Below, piece by piece: positions 17,174 to 26,854 of a stretch of DNA of 64,000 nt (positions are counted from its first letter, which is position 1; every line of letters starts with the position of its first letter). This stretch comes from Paludibacteraceae bacterium. GTDB taxonomy: Bacteria; Bacteroidota; Bacteroidia; Bacteroidales; Paludibacteraceae. The notes under the pieces are model-generated. The model worked only from the letters and a program-made list of their open reading frames with translations, did not search any database and was not told where the DNA came from. Location: NCBI GenBank assembly GCA_017632345.1, contig JAGBRL010000100.1, forward strand, positions 4,850 through 68,849, read 5' to 3'. The position numbers were made by a program, and so were the translations under genes.

Positions 17174-17764
17174 TTATTGTTGAGCCAGCGTTATTGTTAC
17201 CTGCGTGTCTGAATAGTCTGCCAGTTCTTTCAGCAGACTGTCTATCTTGCTGTTCCACTCTTCTTGCTTATCTTTTTCCAGAGAGTGGTTTGTTTCCGTG
17301 TCATACTGCAGCTGCACAGCCTTGTCTCTTTTGATGTGCTCTTTGTATAGCTGTTCTGTTTTTGCAATCGCCTTTTTGAAGTCAGATTCTTTGATTTCGG
17401 ACAGTTCTTTGCGCAGCATTCGCGCGTGCGCCTCCGCCAGTTTAAGATGCGAAATCTCATGCTGCAGCAGATAGTCGCTCCTGTGTCCCTTCATCTTCTG
17501 CGAATTGTTTTTGTCCATGAAAGTCTTTACCTCGCAGGTAATCACATTCCCGTCTCCGTTGATGGAGAAGTCAAACACATAAGCCATGCGCGCGTTGTCG
17601 GGCAGCTCGCCGCCTCTGAAATCGTTCCAAGACAAAGTCAGAGTGTCGCTCCAAAGCTCATGGCCGGACTTGTCCGGACTGGAGGCGCACGTGCTCAAAG
17701 TAAAGCTTAAAAATAATGAGGACAATATCGCCGCTATATTTTTATTTATTGATTGTATATTCAT
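17174..17764 (-). CDS. Putative lipoprotein with HExxH motif (DUF922-like predicted Zn peptidase)
   Basis: Signal/lipobox ..FLSFTLSTCASSP, and LLQHEISHLKLAE containing HExxH. Confidence 0.55.
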   Translation of the reverse strand: MNIQSINKNIAAILSSLFLSFTLSTCASSPDKSGHELWSDTLTLSWNDFRGGELPDNARMAYVFDFSINGDGNVITCEVKTFMDKNNSQKMKGHRSDYLLQHEISHLKLAEAHARMLRKELSEIKESDFKKAIAKTEQLYKEHIKRDKAVQLQYDTETNHSLEKDKQEEWNSKIDSLLKELADYSDTQVTITLAQQ

Positions 17765-17982
17765 AAGTTTATTGTTTTTTGATTAATACGGATAGCAGTT
17801 CTTACGTGCTGTTGCAAAAATAGGGAAATCTGGACTTGAAACAAAATTTATCATAGTTATGTCACTGTTCAGCCACGTTTTTTTTATTTGAATTTTTCTT
17901 GAGGCGTAATACTCAGAAAAGAACTTTGGAGCAGTTTGTAAGACTGGTTCTCGCCATGCCGTTTTTTGTCAGAGACTTTGAT

Positions 17983-18282
17983 TCACAAAAGCATCTCATA
18001 CGCCAGCCAGCAGTGGGCTGCGAAGAAAATCGGGACGAGGATGCGGAATTTGTTTTTGCGCGTTTTGTGGTGCATCAGATACATGCCTGCGAGCGCTCCC
18101 AAAGAGCCAAACAGCGCCGCCATGGTCAGGAGCCGCTTCTCTGGCACTCTCCGCTCGTCTTTTTTCGCTCTTCGCTTGTCTGACGCATACGTTGCAAAGA
18201 CTGCAATGTTCCATATTAATAAAATAATACCTGCGATAATCATAAGCTCATTCATGAAAAAGTGAGCCGCTGCAAATGTCAA
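17983..18282 (-). CDS. DUF1294 family small membrane protein
   Basis: DKRRAKKDERRVPEKRLLTMAALFGSLGALAGMYLMHHKTRKNKF, as in DUF1294 proteins. The start is uncertain (18282, 18255 or 18243). Confidence 0.65.
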   Translation of the reverse strand: MTFAAAHFFMNELMIIAGIILLIWNIAVFATYASDKRRAKKDERRVPEKRLLTMAALFGSLGALAGMYLMHHKTRKNKFRILVPIFFAAHCWLAYEMLL

Positions 18283-18373
18283 ACATCTGCAGCGGTCTTT
18301 GTGTTTTGTTATCTATGAGTCAGTTAGACAGCAATTTTCATAAATTCAAAATGAATTTGTTGAAACCTGCGTT

Positions 18374-19495
18374 TTACAAACATTTTTTCAGTCTTGTCAG
18401 GAACTCTTTCGCATCGTCCATTGTCAGGCACAAAGGCGGAAGCAGACGAATTGTGTTAAGTCCGGCAACGCCAGTAAAGACTTTCTGCTCAAAAAGCAAT
18501 TTGGTTCTGATCTCCTTGATAGGGTTTTCAAACTCAAGCCCAATCATAAGACCTGTGCCGCGCACCTCTTTAATTCCGTCAAACTTCTTCAGCTCCGCAA
18601 TCAGGAAGTCACCAACCTTTGCTGCATTCTCCACTAGATTCTCCTCCGCCATGATGTCGAGCACCGCAATAGCTGCCGCGCAACCAAGATGGTTGCCGCC
18701 AAATGTTGTTCCGAGCTGTCCATATACAGGAGTGAATTCTGGGCTGATAAGCACGCCCGACATAGGGAATCCGTTCGCTATCCCTTTAGCCACAGTAATG
18801 ACGTCAGCCTTGATGCCGAAGTGCTGGTGAGCGAAGAACTTGCCGCTACGTCCGTAACCAGACTGAATTTCGTCAAGTATAAGCACGGTTTTTGTTTCTG
18901 TGCACACTTCTCGCAAATCCTTCATAAACTGAGCGTTCGGCATCTGAATGCCGCCAATGCCCTGAATACCCTCTATTATGACAGAAGAGAAGTCGCCCTT
19001 TCTAAGTTCAGAGCGCACAGCTTCAATGTCGTTCAGCTCAACAAAGACAACCTCAAGCCCTTCGTTTACAGGCGCTACATACTTTGGTATGTCAGTGACC
19101 TTGACCGCCGCAGATGTTCGTCCGTGAAACGACTTTTTGAAAGAGAGCACCTTTTTACGTCCGTTATGGAAAGAAGCGAGTTTCAGAGCGTTTTCGTTAG
19201 CCTCCGCTCCTGAATTGACCAGAAACAGAGAGTAATCATCGTAGCCGCAAGCCTTGCCAAGTTTCTCTGCCAAATCACGCTGAAGAGTGTTTATGACAGA
19301 ATTAGAATAAAAGCCAAGTTTTGCCACCTGCTCGCTGATAGCCTTCACATATTTCGGATGAGCGTGTCCGACAGAAATAACTGCATGTCCCCCGTAAAGG
19401 TCAAGATACTCGCTCCCTTTGTCATCGTAAACATGACATCCGTCCCCTTTGACTATGTTAATGTCAAACAACGGATATACATCAAATAAATTCAT
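18374..19495 (-). CDS. argD: Acetyl/succinyl-ornithine aminotransferase (class III PLP aminotransferase)
   Basis: DEIQSGYGRSGKFFAHQH and ITVAKGIANG (PLP Lys). It sits in the arg operon. Confidence 0.88.
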   Translation of the reverse strand: MNLFDVYPLFDINIVKGDGCHVYDDKGSEYLDLYGGHAVISVGHAHPKYVKAISEQVAKLGFYSNSVINTLQRDLAEKLGKACGYDDYSLFLVNSGAEANENALKLASFHNGRKKVLSFKKSFHGRTSAAVKVTDIPKYVAPVNEGLEVVFVELNDIEAVRSELRKGDFSSVIIEGIQGIGGIQMPNAQFMKDLREVCTETKTVLILDEIQSGYGRSGKFFAHQHFGIKADVITVAKGIANGFPMSGVLISPEFTPVYGQLGTTFGGNHLGCAAAIAVLDIMAEENLVENAAKVGDFLIAELKKFDGIKEVRGTGLMIGLEFENPIKEIRTKLLFEQKVFTGVAGLNTIRLLPPLCLTMDDAKEFLTRLKKCL

Positions 19496-19519
19496 TATAA
19501 ATCCAATTTAATTTAAAAA

Positions 19520-19849
19520 TTACGCCGGCTCGCCCTCTTCCTCGTCTTTCTCGTCAATCACATCGCTTGTGCCGTTCTTCAAATCCATCGCAGAGAAATA
19601 GATGTTGTATAAAGAGACAAACACAATGATGGCCGGCAAAATATAATTGCCCTTTACTCTATTAATGAAAGGGACAATCCAGTCCAGCACGCTATCTCCG
19701 TTATTTTCCTGATATGCTGACAAATATTCATAAAGAAAGTAAGCGCCAATAATCATAGCCACTCCCACAAAGATTCCAGTTAAAGGGCTTTCTCCATGAA
19801 AGCGCATGAAATCTTTCTTGTTTTTAAAATTCCGCGTTCTCATAATCAA
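19520..19849 (-). CDS. Hypothetical two-helix membrane protein with acidic tail, embedded in arg operon
   Basis: It has two hydrophobic segments (LTGIFVGVAMIIGAYFLY, ILPAIIVFVSLYNIYF) and ends DEKDEEEGEPA. It lies on the same strand, between argC and argD. Confidence 0.45.
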   Translation of the reverse strand: MIMRTRNFKNKKDFMRFHGESPLTGIFVGVAMIIGAYFLYEYLSAYQENNGDSVLDWIVPFINRVKGNYILPAIIVFVSLYNIYFSAMDLKNGTSDVIDEKDEEEGEPA

Positions 19850-20028
19850 TCCTCCTTTAAAATTTTAAGTTATTTTAACAAATATAATTTTTTTTTTGTA
19901 AAAAAACACGACTTTGTGTAAATTTCTAAGAAAATCTGCTCTTTTTATCAGAAATAAGAAATATAGAATACTTTTTTCTTGCAAAACACAACATGCGGTG
20001 CTTTGAGAGGCAATTTCTACAAATTATC

Positions 20029-20991
20029 TTAAAAAGCGACAGACTTCAGATTCAGCCCGCATTTTTCGTCAAGCCCGAACATGATGTTCATATTATGCAC
20101 AGCCTGTCCGGAAGCTCCCTTCAGCAAGTTGTCCACCATAGAGATGATAAACAATTTGTTTCCATGCTTTTCGAGATGCACAATTCCCTTGTTTGTATTC
20201 ACGACCTGCTTCAAGTCCGGGTTTTTGTCCATGACGAAAGTGAAGGCCGCGTCTTTATAAAAATCTTCGTAAATCTTCTTAGCCTCTTCAAGCTCAAGGT
20301 CGCACTCTGTATAAGTCGATACAAAGATTCCGCGAGAGAAGTTTCCGCGAACCGGAATGAAGTTTATGTCATGGCTGAAGCCTGGCTGCAGCTGACGCAT
20401 AGACTGGCCGATTTCCTTGAGATGCTGGTGCTGGAACGCCTTGTAAACAGAAATGTTTCCGTTTCTCCAGCTGAAATGAGACGTTGCTCCCGGTTTCACG
20501 CCGGCGCCTGTAGAGCCTGTGATTGCGTTCACGTGCACGTCAGACTTCAGCAGCCCGTTAGCCGCAAGCGGCAGCAGTCCAAGCTGAATGGCAGTGGCGA
20601 AGCATCCGGGGTTCGCGATTTTGTTCGCCTTTTTAATGCGTTCCATATTAAGCTCAGGCAAGCCGTAAACAAACCCGTCGCTTTCGTCACGGTAGTCCGT
20701 CGAAAGGTCTATGATCTTTACAGAAGCCGGCACATCGTGCGACTCCATGAACTTGCGGCTGTCGCCGTGTCCTGAACATATAAACAGGGCGTCAATCTTG
20801 TCAAGCGGAAGTTCTTCGGTGAAAACCATTTCAGTCTCTCCGAAAAGCCCTTCATGCACGTCATAAAGTTTGTTGCCAGCGTTACTTGTGCTGTTCACAA
20901 ACACAATCTCCACCTGCGGGTGGTTAAGCAAAATTCTCAGGGCCTCTCCGGCAGTGTAGCCGGCACCCCCAACGATACCTACTTTTATCAT
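20029..20991 (-). CDS. argC: N-acyl-gamma-glutamyl-phosphate reductase
   Basis: GGAGYTAGE NAD-binding N-terminus and catalytic Cys in ANPGCFATA. Confidence 0.9.
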   Translation of the reverse strand: MIKVGIVGGAGYTAGEALRILLNHPQVEIVFVNSTSNAGNKLYDVHEGLFGETEMVFTEELPLDKIDALFICSGHGDSRKFMESHDVPASVKIIDLSTDYRDESDGFVYGLPELNMERIKKANKIANPGCFATAIQLGLLPLAANGLLKSDVHVNAITGSTGAGVKPGATSHFSWRNGNISVYKAFQHQHLKEIGQSMRQLQPGFSHDINFIPVRGNFSRGIFVSTYTECDLELEEAKKIYEDFYKDAAFTFVMDKNPDLKQVVNTNKGIVHLEKHGNKLFIISMVDNLLKGASGQAVHNMNIMFGLDEKCGLNLKSVAF

Positions 20992-21183
20992 TGCTGTATT
21001 TCTTTATCAATGAATAGAGACGCCACGTAAATGACGTCTCCAGTTTCATAAATTTAATATTCAGGCAACTTCTCCAAATTACGACTTTCACTTTTTTGTC
21101 ATAAATTCCGTGCCGGATGCTTTCAAAATCATCTCGACCCAGTTTATAGATGTTGCTTTCAAAAAATATAAACGATCAGAAGA

Positions 21184-22383
21184 TTATTTTCCGTTGCGCT
21201 TCTGCACATTGTAATAAATCTTCATAGGATTGCCCAGAATCTTAGTGAAGCCCTTCACGTCGTCGGCAGTCCAAGCCTTGTTCACCTCGCCGTATTCGCC
21301 GAAGTCAGTCTTCATCAAGTCGAACGAGCTTTCCACGCCAACAAGAGTGTAGCTGTAAGGACGAAGTTTGATGATTACACGTCCAGTCACATTTTCCTGA
21401 GAGTTTTCAAGGAACTTTTCGATGTCGCGCATAACAGGTTCAAGATACTGAGCCTCGTGCAAGAACATACCGTACCAAGTTCCTAGCTGGTCTTTCCAGT
21501 ACTGCTGCCACTTAGTCAAAGTGTGCTTTTCAAGCATTTTGTGAGCGTTGATGATAAGCAATGCTCCGGCAGCCTCGAAACCAACACGTCCTTTGATACC
21601 GATGATAGTGTCGCCGATGTGCATGTCGCGTCCGATTCCGAAAGCCGAGCCAAGCTCTTCCACCTTGTTTATAGCAGCAATTTTATCTGTGTATTCCACT
21701 CCGTTAACCGCAGCGATTTCGCCTTTGACAAAGTCGATAGTCATGATTTCCTCTTCAGTCTTCTTCACCTGCTTAGGATAAGCGTGTTCAGGAAGAGTCT
21801 GTTCCGACTTAAGCGTCTCCTTGCCACCGATAGAAGTGCCCCAAAGCCCTGCGTTTATAGAATATTCAAGCTTAGTGAAGTCAGCCACGAAGCCGTGTTC
21901 TCTCAAATAGTTGATTTCATATTCACGAGTAAGCACCATGTCGCGAGTAGGCGTAAGCACCTTGATGTCCTGAGCAAGCACGTCAAAAGTAAGGTCGAAA
22001 CGCACCTGGTCGTTTCCGGCGCCGGTAGAGCCGTGAGCCACATAGTCCGCTCCGATCTGCTTTGCATACTCGATAGTGGCGATAGCCTGGAAAATACGTT
22101 CCGAACTAACCGAGATAGGATAAGTTCCGTTACGCAACACATTTCCGAACACCATATAACGGATGCTCTTTTCGTAATACTCCTTAGTGACATCCAAAGT
22201 GGCATGAGACTTAGCCCCTAATTTGTAGGCTCTCTCCTCAATTGCCTTAAGCTCCTCTTCGCTGAACCCTCCGGTGTTAGCGATAGCCGTATGAACTTCG
22301 TAACCCTTTTCCTTAGCGAGATACATAGCGCAGAAAGATGTATCCAAACCGCCGCTGAACGCCAATAATACTTTTTCTTTCAT
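21184..22383 (-). CDS. argG: Argininosuccinate synthase
   Basis: AFSGGLDTS ATP-binding motif and HGSTGAGNDQVRF. Confidence 0.93.
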   Translation of the reverse strand: MKEKVLLAFSGGLDTSFCAMYLAKEKGYEVHTAIANTGGFSEEELKAIEERAYKLGAKSHATLDVTKEYYEKSIRYMVFGNVLRNGTYPISVSSERIFQAIATIEYAKQIGADYVAHGSTGAGNDQVRFDLTFDVLAQDIKVLTPTRDMVLTREYEINYLREHGFVADFTKLEYSINAGLWGTSIGGKETLKSEQTLPEHAYPKQVKKTEEEIMTIDFVKGEIAAVNGVEYTDKIAAINKVEELGSAFGIGRDMHIGDTIIGIKGRVGFEAAGALLIINAHKMLEKHTLTKWQQYWKDQLGTWYGMFLHEAQYLEPVMRDIEKFLENSQENVTGRVIIKLRPYSYTLVGVESSFDLMKTDFGEYGEVNKAWTADDVKGFTKILGNPMKIYYNVQKRNGK

Positions 22384-22439
22384 CTTGAATATATGTTTTT
22401 GTCGCTGCGCAATATCGCAGCAAAATCTGTTTTAAAAAT

Positions 22440-23081
22440 TTAAGAGAACAAATCCTTTAATTTAGCCCAGAAGCTTTTGCTTTCTTTCTTTTCAGCCTTT
22501 GCATCCGAGTTTTGGCCCAACCTTGCCTTCTCTTCGTCCTTGCCATGTACAGCCGGGTCGTAAAGCATTGCAGTGCAGATGCAGTAACGGCGCTTAGTTC
22601 TGGTAAGCACGTCAAAGTTCACGCAGCCTTCGCATCCCTTCCAGAACGAGTCGTCGTCCGTAAGGTCGGCGAAAGTCACCGGCACATAACCAAGTTCCGT
22701 GTTGATTTTCATCACGGCAGCTCCGGAGGTCAGTCCGAACAGCTTAGCGTCAGGGAATTTCTTTCTGGATAGTTCGAACGAGAACTTTTTGATTTTGCGA
22801 GCAAGCCCATGTCCGCGGAACTGTTCCGGAACGATAAGCCCGGAGTTAGCGACGTACTGCTTGTTTCCCCACGACTCTATGTAGCAGAATCCGGCGAACT
22901 GGTCGCCAGCCAAAGCAATGATAGCCTTGCCCTCAAGCATCTTCTGCTTAACATATTCAGGCGAGCGCTTAGCGATCCCTGTTCCTCTTACCTTGGCCGC
23001 CTTCTCAATGGTGTCCAAAATAGTATCGACGTAGCCCAAATGCGACTCGTCGGCAACCATAATTTTAATCTCTTGGTCCAT
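22440..23081 (-). CDS. GNAT N-acyltransferase with Cys-rich C-terminal tail (arg-operon associated)
   Basis: It has a GNAT core (QFRGHGLARKIKKFS, acyl-CoA-binding Q/RxxGxG/A-type loop). The tail WKGCEGCVNFDVLTRTKRRYCICTAM carries 5 Cys. It lies between argR and argG. Confidence 0.7.
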   Translation of the reverse strand: MDQEIKIMVADESHLGYVDTILDTIEKAAKVRGTGIAKRSPEYVKQKMLEGKAIIALAGDQFAGFCYIESWGNKQYVANSGLIVPEQFRGHGLARKIKKFSFELSRKKFPDAKLFGLTSGAAVMKINTELGYVPVTFADLTDDDSFWKGCEGCVNFDVLTRTKRRYCICTAMLYDPAVHGKDEEKARLGQNSDAKAEKKESKSFWAKLKDLFS

Positions 23082-23151
23082 TATATCTTAATATATACTT
23101 TTTTTATTGTTAAAGGCCTTTTTTTGAAAGCCTATATATAATCCAAAATAA

Positions 23152-23619
23152 TTACAACACTTCTAACGAAGGAATAAAAGCAGAGAGCGAGTTCAGCACC
23201 TCTTCTCTCGAAATCGACTCTCCGATGACGCAAAAGACTGTGTCGTCGCCGGCTACCGTGCCTATGATCACGTCATTGGCATGCTGGTCTATCTCGAAAG
23301 CGATGCTGCTGGCGTACCCCGGACGAGTATGCAGCACTACTATGTTGCCAGAGAATATTACCGTGGCATTGGCTCCGGGCGTAAAGAACGCCGACCTGCC
23401 GTCGGACACCTGCACCTCTGTGGGCAGATGGTAAACGTACTGACCCGAAACGTCTGGAGCTTTCGCCACCTTCATCTGCTTCAAATCACGCGACAGCGTC
23501 GCCTGAGTTACAGCAAAACCCCTTTCGAGCAGCAGGCCTAGCAACTCCTCCTGGCTATGAACCGATTTAGAGCCGATAATCTCCCTTATGGCTGTGAATC
23601 TTTCCGTTTTATTTCTCAC
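23152..23619 (-). CDS. argR: Arginine repressor
   Basis: Winged-helix N-terminus SQEELLGLLLERGFAVTQATLSRDLKQMKV, and a C-terminal GTVAGDDTVF oligomerisation/arginine-binding motif. Confidence 0.9.
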   Translation of the reverse strand: MRNKTERFTAIREIIGSKSVHSQEELLGLLLERGFAVTQATLSRDLKQMKVAKAPDVSGQYVYHLPTEVQVSDGRSAFFTPGANATVIFSGNIVVLHTRPGYASSIAFEIDQHANDVIIGTVAGDDTVFCVIGESISREEVLNSLSAFIPSLEVL

Positions 23620-23661
23620 GACAAATTAAATCAAATTATTTTAAGAAAATGCTTTTTTTCA

Positions 23662-23712
23662 AGAATATTTATTCACATTTTTCACAATATGAAATCCGAG
23701 AATAAATATTCA
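23662..23712. promoter_or_regulatory. Two ARG-box-like palindromes upstream of argR
   Basis: AGAATATTTATTCA (23662-23675) and AGAATAAATATTCA (23699-23712). Each is one mismatch from the TGAAT-N4-ATTCA core. They lie 43-93 nt upstream of the argR ATG. The 37-nt spacing is not the canonical 21 nt. Confidence 0.35.
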
Positions 23713-24130
23713 AATTTCGCTGCAAATTTATACGTCTTTTTGCAAAAAACATAACTTTTTTGCATATTTTTTCCATGAATGATAGAGAATCTCTGTTTTT
23801 TTATCTTCAATTTATGCACAACGAATGTATTTGGGCGGCGTGCGAATGTGTTTTTTTTGTATTTTCCAGTGTGTTCTGCGCATTTTTTTTGCTTTTTTTC
23901 TGCTGAAAAACGAACTATTCTCGTAAATAAAAACTATATTTGCTTATCGACGATAGAAATTAGAAAATATTAACAGGCTTTTTGAAGGGTTGATTTTGCA
24001 GAGAAAAATTTGCTGCGGTATTTTGTGTGGCTCGTAATTTATAGGCTTTGTCCTTGTTCGGATTACTTATGGTTTGCTTATTTTCTGATTGATGTCACGT
24101 ATATGTATCACTTGTCTAAATTCAATGCTT

Positions 24131-26653
24131 ATGAAAAATTTTGTGCTAAGTCTGCTTCTTGTCGCCTTTGCTCAATTTGCAAGTGCGAAACCGAGAAGCG
24201 CTGCCGAGTCCGAAATCTTGGCAAGGTCTTTCTTTACTGGACAAAACGGAGAAAAATTGCGTTCCTCTTCCGATGTGCGTCTGTTATATTCTGCGTCTCA
24301 GATCTCTGGTCGCAGGCAGGGAGGCAACGAGGCGTTCTTTATATTCGGAGGCGGGCAGAACGGTTTTGTTGTGATCTCCGGCGATGATAAGCTGCCGCCT
24401 GTGCTTGCCTTTTCTGACGAAGGCGATCTTGAGAACGGCGAGATTCCAGATGCTCTGAAGAGTATTCTGACCAACTTTTCTGTTAATTTCGAAAATACGA
24501 AGATTTTTAATGCGAAGAGAGAAGGCCAGGCATTGCGAAGTTCATCTTCGGCGGCTCCGTTGCTTGGAAGCATAATGTACGGGCAGGTGGGCGCGTTTAA
24601 TGAGAAGATGCCCGAATACAACGGAAAGAAGGCGGCTGCCGGATGCGTGGCGGTCGTAATGGCTCAAATCATGAAGTATTATGAATATCCGGAACGCGGG
24701 ACGGGCGAATTGTCTTATAAGACGAACACGCGCGAGATTGACGTCAACGTGACTTTGGGCGAAGCGTATGACTGGGGCAATATGCTGGATTTTTACGAAG
24801 GTGTTGCTTGTACCGATGCGCAGAAAGAGGCGGTATCTACTCTTATGCTTCACTGCGGAGCGGCTGTCAGCATGAACTATTTTTCTGACGACGACGGAGC
24901 GAGCGGGGCGCGCTTCTCTGACCTGCCAGCCGCTCTCCTGAATAATTTCGGTTATGACAAGAACCTTTATCTCACGTCGAGGGATTTGTACACTCTTGAA
25001 GAGTGGACTGAGATGCTGAGGGATGAGATTGACAACGGCAGACCTGTGGCGTACAGCGGCTCTACTGTGAAGGATGGCGGACATGCTTTTATAATTGACG
25101 GATATGCTCCGGACAATTTCTTTCACGTGAACTGGGGGTGGAGCGGCACGTACAACGGGTTCTACTCTATAGATTTGCTGGACTATAAGCCTTATTATGA
25201 CGGAAGCGGCACTTCCTCTTCTTATGCTTACGGAAATTTTGCGCTTCTTGGCATTCAGCCGCCTAATGAGAACAGCGAGTTCAGACACTCTTTGTATGTG
25301 GACAGCCCAATATCTACGGGTGATATTGCGTCGGTGTCCCGTTTCGGCCTCTTTGACCTGAAAAAGGTGCTGCTTTCCAATATAGGCTGTGATTTTGACG
25401 GGTTTGCGTCTGTTGTTCTTTGCGATGAGAATGATGATATAGTGGCTCACCTGATTAATGCGGCTCCTCTCAAGGTGGAGTCCGGAAAGTCGGCTGGCTT
25501 TTCTATCGGAGGTCTTTATTTGTCAAGTTCTGTTAAAAACGGAAAATACAAAGTCTCCGTCGCTTTCAGTTTTGACGGCGAAAACTGGAGCCTGCCTCAT
25601 CGGTCTAAACAGAACAAGCAGCTGTTGATGGAGGTGACGTCTTCGGCGATAAACTTCAGTTATCAGGAGCCTGAAATATCTTTTGAAGATGCTTCTGTCG
25701 CTGTTCTTCATAATTTGTATGAAGACAATCAGGCTGATTTCTTATTGACTCTCACAAACTCGTCGGACGAGGAGTATATTTACACAGTCGGGCTGAAACT
25801 CAAGTCTAAAAATAGCGACCACGTGCAGTTCTTGCTGCGCAACGGCCATATGCAGGCCGGCTCTTCTGCAGAGTTCCGTGTGTCAGAAAAAATTAAGCTC
25901 CCTGCTGGCGAATATGAGGCTGTTCCTGTATATTCTATCGACTTAGAAAACTATTTTGAGATTGACAGCGCTAATACAATAGATGTGACAATACTTCCGC
26001 AGGATTCGGACAGTATTGAATTTCTCTTGTTGGAAGAACTTTCTGTGAAACAAGACACTCTATATCAGGGCGATACGCTCTCCATCTCTGCGGCTCTGCA
26101 AAATATTGGCGCTCCTTATAACGGATATGTGTCTGTCCATCTGTTCAAAAGCAGTACGGAGCAAAAAGGCGATTCCGTCGTAAATCGTTACAAGCATTCG
26201 GGACAGCTAGACAATTACTTGTTCTGGGACAAACAGATGGCTTACTTGTTTAATTGGGGCTCGATAGTTGCTGATACTGGAAGTTATAAGGCTTACATAT
26301 ATTATTTTGACGAGTCTGAAAATTCGTATAAACATATAGACTCCACCGTCAGTGTAAGTTTTGTGGTTTTGCCAAACGAACTTTCCGGAATGGTTGAGAC
26401 GGAACGCTGCATGGAGAGTCTTGACAGAATTTCGCTGTCGTCGGACGGACACGTTCTGACCGGGCTTCTGCCGGAAGGCCTCAGCGTGAAAGACGCTCGG
26501 CTGCTCTCTGTCAGCGGAACGGTTGCGCAGCCTCGCACAAATATCTGTGGCAACAGATTTGAGCTGTATATAGGTAGCCTGACAAGAGGTGTTTATATAT
26601 TAAGGATAGAGACTGAGGATAATCAAGTCTTTTATAAAAAGGTAATTTTATAA
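24131..26653 (+). CDS. C10-family (streptopain-like) cysteine peptidase with N-terminal inhibitor-like propeptide and T9SS C-terminal sorting domain
   Basis: Signal peptide MKNFVLSLLLVAFAQFASA. Catalytic Cys context AAGCVAVVMAQIMKYYEYP and His context GGHAFIIDGY. The C-terminus ..GVYILRIETEDNQVFYKKVIL resembles a T9SS CTD. Confidence 0.8.
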   Translation: MKNFVLSLLLVAFAQFASAKPRSAAESEILARSFFTGQNGEKLRSSSDVRLLYSASQISGRRQGGNEAFFIFGGGQNGFVVISGDDKLPPVLAFSDEGDLENGEIPDALKSILTNFSVNFENTKIFNAKREGQALRSSSSAAPLLGSIMYGQVGAFNEKMPEYNGKKAAAGCVAVVMAQIMKYYEYPERGTGELSYKTNTREIDVNVTLGEAYDWGNMLDFYEGVACTDAQKEAVSTLMLHCGAAVSMNYFSDDDGASGARFSDLPAALLNNFGYDKNLYLTSRDLYTLEEWTEMLRDEIDNGRPVAYSGSTVKDGGHAFIIDGYAPDNFFHVNWGWSGTYNGFYSIDLLDYKPYYDGSGTSSSYAYGNFALLGIQPPNENSEFRHSLYVDSPISTGDIASVSRFGLFDLKKVLLSNIGCDFDGFASVVLCDENDDIVAHLINAAPLKVESGKSAGFSIGGLYLSSSVKNGKYKVSVAFSFDGENWSLPHRSKQNKQLLMEVTSSAINFSYQEPEISFEDASVAVLHNLYEDNQADFLLTLTNSSDEEYIYTVGLKLKSKNSDHVQFLLRNGHMQAGSSAEFRVSEKIKLPAGEYEAVPVYSIDLENYFEIDSANTIDVTILPQDSDSIEFLLLEELSVKQDTLYQGDTLSISAALQNIGAPYNGYVSVHLFKSSTEQKGDSVVNRYKHSGQLDNYLFWDKQMAYLFNWGSIVADTGSYKAYIYYFDESENSYKHIDSTVSVSFVVLPNELSGMVETERCMESLDRISLSSDGHVLTGLLPEGLSVKDARLLSVSGTVAQPRTNICGNRFELYIGSLTRGVYILRIETEDNQVFYKKVIL

Positions 26654-26829
26654 CGAATCCTGTGAAATAGGTGTGTGATGATTTTGAAGAACATTCTGTT
26701 TATATCTGCGAAGGAGCGGCGCTTGTGTCGCTCCTTCGCAGGTATTGGCAAGACGTGCAAATATCTGAATTACGATTTATGAGGCTGATTTTATAGGTGT
26801 TGTTTAAACTATCTTTGATTTTTTCTTTC

Positions 26830-26837
26830 TAATTTTG
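26830..26837 (+). promoter_or_regulatory. Bacteroidetes-type -7 box TAATTTTG upstream of dacB
   Basis: Matches TAnnTTTG, 18 nt before ATG 26855. Confidence 0.4.
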
Positions 26838-26854
26838 CAGATATTTTTTTTTGA

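Noticed and set aside
18342-18358. Palindrome AAATTCA-AAA-TGAATTT after argD as an ARG box
   Set aside because: The half-sites are in the inverse order (ATTCA..TGAAT). It lies downstream of the last arg gene, so it is more likely a weak AT-rich hairpin.
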